From NCBI GenBank assembly GCA_963924565.1, contig OZ004608.1, forward strand, positions 33,170,001-33,234,000: a DNA stretch of 64,000 nt. Direction: 5' to 3'. Source of the stretch: Ascidiella aspersa. Taxonomy: Eukaryota. A program made the translations under genes and the position numbers. A model generated the notes under the pieces. That model worked only from the letters and a program-made list of their open reading frames with translations. It was not told the origin of the DNA and did not search any database. This document shows positions 35,101 through 44,919 of this stretch, piece after piece. Position 1 is the stretch's first letter. Each line of letters begins with the position of its first letter.

Positions 35101-38100
35101 GAATTTACATAAAACACTTCTTATGAATTCATTTTTGTTTTCTAGAATATTTGTAAATCTTACATAGTGCTTATATTAGTTGCGATCCCTCGTAACATCA
35201 TTTTTAAACAAGAGAGCACCAGGCTTCAATTAATCAGAAATAATTAGAAAATAATTTGTTATTTCATAAAGCGACGCCCAAACGGAAAAGATATAGATTA
35301 CAAATAAAACTCAAAAGTTTAAAATACAGTATCGAATATTTTTTACAGAAATATTTATTATATACAAGCGAGAACCCACTGACTGTGGCTTCATGTTCCA
35401 TAAATATAGGACCTTTTAAAAAATAAATATGTAACGCGTGGTTGAATTACACGTGCAGATGTTACCAACTTTAAATCATAAGTGTTGTAGGGTTGTTCAC
35501 GGGCTTTAATACTAATGAAAGGGCCCATATACAGAAGGCAGTATTGTTCTGTACATCCTAACTTAAAAAATAAGCAGCGTCCAATACTTCCGAGAATTAG
35601 CATGGATGTTTCTCGACGTGCTATTAAACGCATTTTAAACTATGAAGTGGTTTCTTCTGCATAAGTCGCTTTGTTATAATATACTATAGCGCTTATATAT
35701 AATGCAGAGTATAGCCGAATCACAACTGTTGACCCGCCGCCATATTCCCCGTCTTTCCGCTGCGAACTCACTTCACGCCAGCGAGTGACAGAAGCGTTGA
35801 GAGCGTTGAAAGCGTCCGAAGCGCTGCGGGCGGTTCCGGCGTTGCTTGGTTAAATCAACGCCGGCCAGAGCAGAGCGATTTAAACGCGATGTTTAAATAA
35901 ACAAAAGCGGAAATGTGAGCGGACGCGAATCCAGATTTGACCCCAGTTTACACCAAAATTATAGCTAAGCATTTTCCAAACGGATACAAAGGTTCGGTGC
36001 GTATTTCCATATAAAGATAAAGCCGCTAGTTTGAAAAAAATCCTAAACGCTTTTAAACAACTAAAAACATTGCTAATTTATAATTCGGTAATAACTTTAA
36101 CTTTCTCTAAATTAGCTAAACAATTTCAGAACGAATACAAGGTCCAGTTTCAAAACAACACGACAGCAGCTAGTTGAAAAAAATCCTAAACGCTTATAAA
36201 AGACTAAAAACATCCCAAGATATAGTTCACTGATAACTTTAACTTTGTCAAATCGGAAATTGTGTTACAACCGCCATTGGTTGCACAAATATAAACCCGG
36301 CGTCTTCTATTAAAATATAGCGCCGCCACACGTGTAGCCATTTACATACAGGAGTCTATAATTCAATGTACAGATATTTTCAGATCGTCCTTAACAGGCT
36401 CAAATAGCTACGGAACCCGCCTTTAATAACTGCAACGTTATCCCGCATCCAGTGCTCTGTTTAACAATGATTTGAAGCGTTTTAATAGCAGAAGGCTTCA
36501 TTTTCCGCAGTCCGATTCGACAATACAGCAGCTATTGTACTTGATTGTTATTCCCGTTGTTTTGTGTGGCCGCAGGTCGTGCCCTATCCGACGACCAAAT
36601 AGCCGCCATGCTTGCCGAGGGTAAGGGTCCCATCAACTTTCAAGTCTTCCTCGGGATGTTTGGCGACAAAATATCTGGTAAAAATCGCCATTAAGGCATA
36701 TCACGTTCGACGTGGCATGGTGGAAACCATTCTAAACGCATTAAATCAATCATTGTCATCCGGTTCGGAATCAAGTCGAACGTTTTCTCGCCCAAACTTC
36801 TCCTTTGTGAATGGATAAACCAACCATCATCTCACCTGACAGTCAAAATCTCATCTCGTTTCATTTTTGGTGAACCTAACACCGTTTTCCCTCTGTTCAA
36901 CCAGCGTGCATGTATACTTGCATCAACGTTGTTTTTATGCTCATATTTTGGCAAAACCAAGGCTTAAAATGGGTTAAATTGGCGGGAATAAGAGTTCGAA
37001 GTGGCCGTCTTACTCATATTTCTTTCAGAGTGAATCTGAAAATGCTTAAATAGGAAAGAATGGAGGTGCAATGTTACCATCCCATTTGACGCAGATTGAC
37101 AGACAGAGGGTTTAGGTTTTAAGCGTGTTATCGGCCTGTGATTTACGATATGTGCGCACAGGAACTAATAAGAGCGACAAGGAACTCGAAGAGATGCTGC
37201 AGCAGGCGCCTGGGCAACTAAATTTCACTGTGTTTCTGTCCATGATGGGCGATAAGATTAAAGGTACATCCTGCACTCTGCACAACAGTAACACAAAAAT
37301 GCACACAGCACCTGAAACTAGCACATTTGTAGCCTAATAGGTAAACGTTTAATTTCGTTGCGCTACTGGTAATTCATTGCATTAAGACTGGACAGTGATG
37401 TTCCTTCAAGTAGAAAAAACGCCACAGCTGCAACAAAAGTAATTGCCCCACTTCACACAATCAGCAACACGATATTTTCATTTTTTGAGATATATAGACA
37501 AGTATACAATTTGTTTCCTGTTAAACTGGCAAATTTAATTAATAAAATAAATTAAAATTTTAATTAGATTTCCAGATGCTATTTGCACAATATTCACTCA
37601 ACAAAAATGAAAGGGACACAGAAAACCAATAGCTGATTAATTTTTAACACCAATTTTGAAAAAAACGGATTGCGTAGAATAGATATCAAAGCATATTGAT
37701 GAAATTAGGGTTTCGACAAGTTGGACTTTATCGCGACCGCGGTCACTTAACTATATAGGTGCATGCGGCATGGGGTGACATTGCACCTGCAAAAGAGCAA
37801 TCCGTTTAAATGCCCAAGATTCGCGCCGAGCCATTGTGCGCGCTTTCGGTCCGTTTTCCGGGCCTGGTGTCGCGCGGCGGAAAGGAGCGGCGCTGATAAA
37901 CTGCCTGACAGATGTACTGCTGCTCTCGTTTCCGTTTGCGGCACCACGCGCTTAGCGTTGCGCTAGGAGCTGTCAGTCAAACGGTTCGAACGGCCTGAGC
38001 CCGGCAGAAACAAGAGTTGAGCTGCTGCTGCTGCTGCTGCTTTTCAACTCTCGCTGACTCCCGGATAAACGCGTCACGCAAGTTGCTCGAACCAGCAGCG

Positions 38101-41100
38101 CTTGTTGCAGCGATCTAGCTCGCGTTTTTTCTGCGTTTTTTCTTAGTTGCGTTCAACATGCATGCTTCCCTCATTGTATTGCGTTTTTTTCTGTTTTTTT
38201 GGGGGGGGCGGAAGGTGGGATTTTAACGCAAGTTCACCCGCGGGAGCGAAGGTTTAAAGAAGTTTAAAAGAACTATTGCAGACAGATTTCGTTTTTCGAT
38301 GTTTTTGGTATAAGTCTGCTTTCTGAGAATGACAGCTATGATATTTTAACACAGTTCCACGGCTCAAAAAGAGTTGAAAAGCACTGGCTTACACCACTGC
38401 CTAAATCTCATCACGTAACCCTCTAGTTAACTTGTGCGTTTTTTCGTGCTTTTCTCGTTTTGTTCGACACGCATGCCCCCGCAATCGCATGACCCGCGTG
38501 TTTTTTTCTTGTTTTTTTCGGCCGGATGGTCGGAAATTTAAGTTCACCGCTGTAGTGATACAAGTTCGCTTCACCGCTTTCATGCCTGCTCCATTTGAAC
38601 TGTTCAAAATTGTACACGTTAATTTCAGCTTTATTATTGCTATTTTTTAGTGCAACTTTGAACACATTCAGGGTGAACTGACTGGAATAACTTTTTAACT
38701 TATAGTTTACTTTGGATGTCCTTAGGCTACAGTTTTCGCATTTGAATCTACAAAAAAACAATTGGCTTGTCTAAATTGACAATACGACCCAAATTGTTTT
38801 TAGTGGCAATGGGTCCAAATAAACATTACTGTTGGCGTCCACAAAGTGCCTTATTTTAAACAACATATATATACTAGGAAGTTGCCAGTGCTAAACGTAG
38901 AATCCATCCAATCTATGCACAGTAACCGTAAACGGGCATTTGGAATATTATCTCGCCCATTCACCACAAAAAAACAATTGGCTCACTTAGATTTTTCTCG
39001 CAGGAACTGACCCGGAAGAAACAATAGTCCAGGCCTTTAAGGTTTTGGATGCCGACGACAAAGGAGTTCTCAACAAGAAAGTGTGAGTTCGAAATTCCTA
39101 GTTTTAACAGCGTACATGGGCAGTAGGGATGTCTGATACATTTTATTCCTATAACGATAAGAAATATTTAAAAAAAAATTCGCAATCCATTCTGATGCCA
39201 AATGACGTCATTATCACGCTCAAACAAGCAAAATGTATGAATTCGAAATGTTCTAAGGTTTTTTCCCGGGATTCTAGATCACAATTTGCTTCAGCGTTAG
39301 GCAGTTTAGTTACCTTCAGTTCAACCCAGGGAGTCGAACCGTTTGACTTTTCCGGTTCAGGTTCGGTTCGGCTTCAAGGATTTTTTTCTGAATACGGTTC
39401 AGTTCCGGTTTCGGTTTGGAGGAATTTAAAAGTTCCGGTTCGACCATCGTTATTTCAAAACCGGTTCATTAAGTTCCGGTTCGGATATAATATAAGTTGC
39501 GTTAAATCTAAAAATGTGGGTCAATAAATGTATAGAATAATCTTTGAATAGTAAGTCAGTCAATCAAAGTTACGTGACGTATTTAAAAAACAGCAACTGC
39601 TTATTGAAATATCTAAAACATAAAAAAAATTAAGGTTTTTTAATCAATATTTAAATTCGTTCATAGAATTTTAAACATAGCATAACTTGAGTCTTTAAAA
39701 TACAAGTTGTGACGTCATGCTGGAGTGAACCGGTTTTGTTAACAGGTTTGGGTTCGGTTAAGGTTCTTTCAAATTATTTGGTTCAGTTCCGGTTCGGCTC
39801 CTTGAAATCTTACAAAAAATGGTTCAGGTTCGGTTATGGTTCGGAAAAAATTGACCCAAAACCGGTTCATAAAGTTCCGGTTCGGTTCCGGTTCGACTCC
39901 CCAGTTCAACCTACTATTTTTCGACAAATTTACCTTTCAACGTAAAAAATTGTGTTGAATCGCAAATCATGGCTGAAATGTCCATATGAATTTGGCATAG
40001 GATCGGCACAGAAACCACCCTAGTATCGGCCGAGTTCCGATAATACTAATGAGCATCGGCTTTGACATAGGCTACCTAATCTGCAATTATATTCTTTTTG
40101 TTGTGGCTTTAACGCTGTACGTGTATTTTGCAGATTGGCAGATATTCTAACCACACAAGCTGACAGATTCAACGTGCAAGAGGTAAAAATCGTAATACCT
40201 CATGATAAGATTTTTCATGCAAAACAAAAAACAAAAATTGGACTTTTTTAAAAACAGTTATTTGATTTTGAGAGTTTAGACTTTAGAGCAGTGGTTCTTA
40301 AACTGGGGTCCAAGGACCCCTTAGGGGTCCGTGAACTAGTTTTAGGGGGTTCGCGAAGGCCAAATTGAAATATTGGTATATATTTAGGAAGTAATCAATT
40401 TTTCTAAGGAAAGAGTTTAATTAAAAATAAAACATTTTTGCACTGAATGTCTCTGTTTCTATTTTCCTTTTCACATTTTGTGGACCTAAAACTGCGGATT
40501 TCTGCAGTCTATTTGTATTGTGACGTCAATTCATGACGTCATATTTATTAAATTTCCTGCACACCGTGGTCCACGTGAAGCAAAAACAAATTTTGGGGGT
40601 CCGCGGTGAAAAAAGTTTAAGAACCCCTGCTTTAGAGTGTCATTTTTTAACCTTTTTCGCAACTTTGTTTTTAATTTCGTTTATATAGGCGCCCTTTTAA
40701 CTTATTAAAATGTGTTGAAACTTGTAAAATCTTATTTTCTGATACAAATAAAAGAGCATTTAAAAAACAGAATAAACCGGGCTACAAAGTTGCCATTAGT
40801 GTTTCCTGTAAAACTAGCAAAAATAACAAAAACGTTGTCACACGGTTATAATGGTCGGAAGCTGCAGTTAGACGAAGAAGGAATATCAAAGCACATATGA
40901 AAGTTTGGTAGCATTTTGAACGTTTCGAATATTTCTTTTTTAACACGTTGAAAATAAATCAAGAGTTATTCGAAACGTTTAAAATTCTACTTCAATATGG
41001 GCTTTGATATTCTTATTTCGTCTGGTAAATTATAATTTCGCCGGTGTGAGACAAATATAAGAGCGTTACAAAGAGCAGTAGAAATTCGGTTACAATATTG

Positions 41101-41565
41101 CCCTCAGTGTTTCCTGAGAAACTAACGGAAATACTAAAAACCGTTTTTTCGCACGTTTATAATGGCTGGAGGTTGTAGTTAGACGTAGAAGGAATATTAA
41201 AGGCCATATGGAAGTTGGTAGCATTTTGAACGTTTCTCTTTATTAACACGTTGAAATGAATTAAGAGTTATTCGAAACGTTCAAAATGGTAAATATGGGC
41301 TTTGATATTCTTATTACGTCTGGTAAATTAGAATTTCGCCGCTGTGATATAAATGCAACAGTGTTACAAAGAGCGGTACAAATCCGGTTGCAAAATCGCC
41401 CTCAGTGTTTCCAGAGAAACTAACGGAAATACTAAAAACCGTTTTTCGCACGTTCATCTTTTTCAGTTGAACCAGATGTTCGACATTGCGCCAATCGATG
41501 CGGCCGGGAACTTGGACTACAAGTCGCTCTGCTACATCGTCACCCATGGACAAGAAGAGGAATAG
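29185..41565 (+). CDS. Mrlc: Myosin regulatory light chain, MYL7/MYL2-like, paralog 2, 171 aa, with duplicated (alternative) exon 4
   Basis: Exons 29185-29187 (ATG), 29575-29682, 32813-32888, 36576-36677 or 37162-37263, 39004-39082, 40134-40182, 41467-41565; 516 nt with one exon 4; intron positions and phases match paralog 1. [41 protein letters not shown]-hand [13 protein letters not shown]-terminal [25 protein letters not shown] at 41976. Confidence 0.95.
29940..30206. mobile_element. Diverged hAT-like element
   Basis: Ends AAGTGGTTCTAAACCT / AGATTGAAAACAACTG with internal GGTAC repeats. Confidence 0.5.
30559..30844. mobile_element. Non-autonomous hAT-like element
   Basis: Ends CAGTGGTTTCCAACC / GGTGGAGAACCACTG, internal GGTGCCGC repeats. 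Confidence 0.7.
31672..31947. mobile_element. Diverged hAT-like element
   Basis: Ends TAGCGTTTCTCAAC / GTTGATAAACACTG. Confidence 0.5.
34885..34943. repeat. (GC)n/(GT)n microsatellite
   Basis: GCGCGCGCGTGTGTGTG...GTGTGTGTGTGTGTGTGT. Confidence 0.85.
36576..36677 (+). CDS. Mrlc: MRLC gene 2 exon 4a ([35 protein letters not shown])
   Basis: CGCAG acceptor, GTAAAA donor, 102 nt, phase 1-1, homologous to RLC EF-hand 2. Not shown in frame in the ORF track. Confidence 0.88.
37162..37263 (+). CDS. Mrlc: MRLC gene 2 exon 4b ([35 protein letters not shown])
   Basis: CACAG acceptor, GTACAT donor, 102 nt, phase 1-1, homologous to RLC EF-hand 2. Confidence 0.88.
39327..39903. mobile_element. Non-autonomous hAT element with many GGTTC/CGGTT subterminal repeats, apparently nested in an older element (~39124-40074)
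   Basis: TIR CAGGGAGTCGAACCG / CGGTTCGACTCCCCA; perfect 8-bp TSD GTTCAACC. Flanks begin TAGGGATGTC and end with ATCGG/CCGAT repeats. Confidence 0.88.
40289..40629. mobile_element. Non-autonomous hAT (Charlie-like) element
   Basis: TIR CAGTGGTTCTTAAACT / AGTTTAAGAACCCCTG; perfect 8-bp TSD CTTTAGAG. Confidence 0.92.
40780..41455 (+). repeat. Tandem duplication, ~300-bp unit, ~2.2 copies, each full unit containing a family A MITE
   Basis: YAGTGTTTCC recurs at 40797, 41105 and 41403 with colinear similarity between units. Confidence 0.85.
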
Positions 41566-43750
41566 GGGCCGTGCGCGATGATACATTGTGCTCCAATCGG
41601 ACTGACTGGATTTCTACCATCTTATCTCTCCCCTCTTTTTTCTCCCATTCTCTCTCGCTCTATATCTCTCTCTATATATCTTGTTGTATTTTTTCGCGAA
41701 AATCTCGAGCTCTTTCGATCTGACGTCGGCGCCGTTTTTTTGCGCAAAAACGGTTCAGTTTTAATGCGCGTTAAAAAGCGTCCTTTACAATCAATGGTTA
41801 AGCGAATTGTCTCACCGACGCCGTATCACACGATAAAAGTCTGCCACCCTACTGTCTGTATATGTACATACATTTCAGTGTGTGTGTGTGTTTCGGGCGT
41901 ATGTCTACGGCGACGGCGCATGCAACGAACTCGGCATTAAAGGCTTGTTTAAAGTGTTGGTTTAAACGAAAAAACAATAAAAGCTTCGCGCTGAGAGACA
42001 TGGAGAAAATGCCCGACGACGCCATTTTTAGCCTGTAGCGTGTGGATCAAAATATAGCTTGTATTGAGAACGCCCACTCTGTCAGGCCTCGCGGGAAGTC
42101 TTGTAGCATCGCCGCTTATTCAATTCCTTATTCACGTCTTCCACCCAAAACACAAAACAAGACTCGTTAGTCGAGTGTGTTCGCATATGCGGGGCCAAAT
42201 TGCCGCCCCCGACCGTCAAAATGCGGGGACGTACCGGTGTGGTGGGCGTGACCGACTGTCCACAGACCTCTGCCATAGAATCAGAATGCACTCGGTAAAA
42301 TACGAAGTCACGCCGTCAACGCATGTATTTTTAAAGCACAGTTTTCTAAGGTCTCAATACAAAGGTTTTGGACAAAAAACGAGGCGAAATAATATTGGAA
42401 AAAACGTCTATAATCGCCTTATAGAGAAACGCCCTTATGGAAAGCCTTTTGCTTGGCAGGTTTTTTGTGTGCAGAATGCACTCGACAAAATAGGAAGCCG
42501 TGTATTTTTAAAGCGTCTACCGTTTTATAGGTCTCTACATAGTTTTCGGGCCAAAACAAGGCGAAATGATACCAGAGAATCAGCCATAAAACGTGCCACT
42601 TCATAATTGGACAGTCAAATCCGTTGGCCATTAAAAGCGTTTCTAAGAGTCATTTAAAAGGCACACTTTGTGACTTCATTTGTCCTGTCGTACAAAGAAA
42701 AAATCGCGATTAGCCAATGAAGAAGCTGTATTAAAGCTATATATAATCGAATTTTACCGAACCAACTGTTAGTAATTTAGTGCAAATCTAATCAGCCTTT
42801 ATAAAACTTACAGTATACGATGAAGTCCAAACGTCTGGCTTTACACAATATAAGTATTAGCGATTAGCCAAAAAAAGTTGGGAGTTTAAAATACGGCACT
42901 AAGAGATAATTCGATAATTGGAATTTTAACAAAATGCGCCGTGGTAATTTAGCCTCACTTTATAGTCAGCAAGAACAAAGTAAGCAGTATCTGGCGCTTG
43001 TCGACGACACTTGGTCCGTAGATTAAGGAAAATTCCCATTTATTACAAGAAACGAAGCTAAACAACAGTCGAAAAAATACTTTCACTGAATACTCCATAT
43101 CTGAAATTTAGGCGAAACCTACGTTAAACAATTTAGTCAGGAATTCAAAAACGGGTTGAAAACGACCGCTGTCCAACGACGTGCTGCCTGTCGGGCGAGG
43201 AAAATTGGCGGCCCAAAATTTTTTGTAGCCGCAGGCTAAACGGGGCCGCATATGCCGGCGATGACAAGCGGAGAAATTAAATTAGAACTGCGGCGGGGCC
43301 CTGGGAGGCTAGGAGAAAGAAAGAGAAAGGGCGCGCGCGAGCTGGCAAGAGAAAAAACGACAAGACGAAGCACTTCCGTTGCGCGCACGCTTCCGCTGCC
43401 GAATTTTCACACCGCTTGGCGCCCAGGCGCGCTATGGCGCTGCTGCAAAAATGTGGAAGGGCGCATTTGGCTTCTGGGACTCCGTTAATCCGCCAGGCCG
43501 CGTTTCGAAGCCGGAGCGAAAGTTAAAATCCCCATAACAGCAGTAGGGGCTTGGTGAGGCTGAACTCTATAGAGAGAGAGTGAGGGCTACTGCGGGTATA
43601 GAGACCGGGCGCGTCGGAACGATGACTAACTGGCGTCAGGGCGTAAGCGGGGAGAGGGACATCGCTGTGAACTGACGTCTGCATCCGCAACAAAGGCAAG
43701 CGTTCGGCTTTCGTCCGCTCGTCCGCCTATAGGCTGGGTATACGGGCGGG

Positions 43751-43942
43751 CGTGATGATAGCTTCTGCTGCTGCTGCTGCTGCTGCTGCCTATGCTAGCA
43801 ACCAGGGCACGCCAAAGGAAATGAGCTAGTGCGCGACGGCTGTGTGAGGCCCCGGCCTTATAGCCTCCGAAGAAGCGCGCATTCACAAAAGACAGCAGCC
43901 GCAGTAGCAGCAGTAGCGGCAGCAGCAGAAGCTATCATCACG
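43751..43942 (+). other. Long inverted repeat / predicted RNA hairpin (39-bp stem, 114-nt loop)
   Basis: 43751-43789 pairs with 43942-43904: 24 consecutive Watson-Crick pairs, then 15 more pairs including 3 G-U. Confidence 0.75.
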
Positions 43943-44919
43943 AGCAATAAGAGACAATCGCGAAAAAAACGGCATATGCTGTTTTAAGCTGAAGCATTGT
44001 TGCCGTCAACTTTGCCTGCATAACAAAGCGCAATCAATAGCGCCGACGCAGCGTATGAAGCGATTGAATTAGAACAGTTCAGAATGGTTTAAGTTCAAGC
44101 CAACGGTTGGCCCAATGTTAGCGAAACGGATAAACAGTCTGGCCAGGTTGTTGAACCATTAGAATCAATTACTTTCGTAACTGGTTTCAGTTTATCGTAC
44201 GCTACCGCGATATCTAGCTTTGTCACTAGCGGCTATTCTTTTCACTATAATATCCATGAATACTATATGAGCTGACTCAAGCCCGTTTTAATTATTTCCG
44301 TCAAAAGGTCAGCTGGTGTCTTCTGGTGAACCGTCGGTTTATAACGCACTTCAACCAGAATAGAAACATTTTCCGTATAAATTTAGTTAAACAGCAGTAG
44401 TTATTGCCTGCAGTTTTACAGCAAAGTTATTCAAATATAGACATGTAGGTCTCAAAACGTTTGGCCCGTCAGCACAGAAAGATCGATTTTTATTATTTCG
44501 AAAGAATATTTTTTATCGATTAACTGATGATATTTAGGTAATGTCAGCTTATGTTTCTATAATTATCCCACAAATGTGTTAAAATATAGAACTGTAAGTT
44601 ACAAACAAGGGTGATCCGCCCGCTTAGCTGTTCTCCATTCGCCTCTGTGGGCATTTAAACCACAGCAATTTGAAAAACAACTTAAACCACCGACTTTTTG
44701 ACGCAGGTTAGAAAGAAAACGATGGGCGGAAGCGAATGCGCTTGGTAAGAATATAGCTGCTGGACCACAAAGCTTCAGCGGGCAAAACTGGATACGGCGC
44801 ATGGTATACACAAGCCAAGCAAAAAGCGGCCGGCCCAACTGTTAAAAGTAGCGGCCGTTTTGTATAAATGACAGTGGACCAACTCAAGGAAACGCACAGC
44901 AGAAGCGGCGGCAAGAAAA

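Noticed and set aside
39129-39945. ORFs of 132 and 78 aa in MRLC2 intron 5
   Set aside because: They are translations of GGTTC subterminal repeats of a hAT element, with no transposase motifs.
42064-42606. 180-aa ORF between MRLC2 and FoxI
   Set aside because: Non-ATG start, no recognisable domain or splice structure, and it spans a local duplication.
43752-43758. GTGATGA as a C/D snoRNA C box
   Set aside because: It is fully sequestered in the long stem and no suitably placed terminal CTGA D box was seen.
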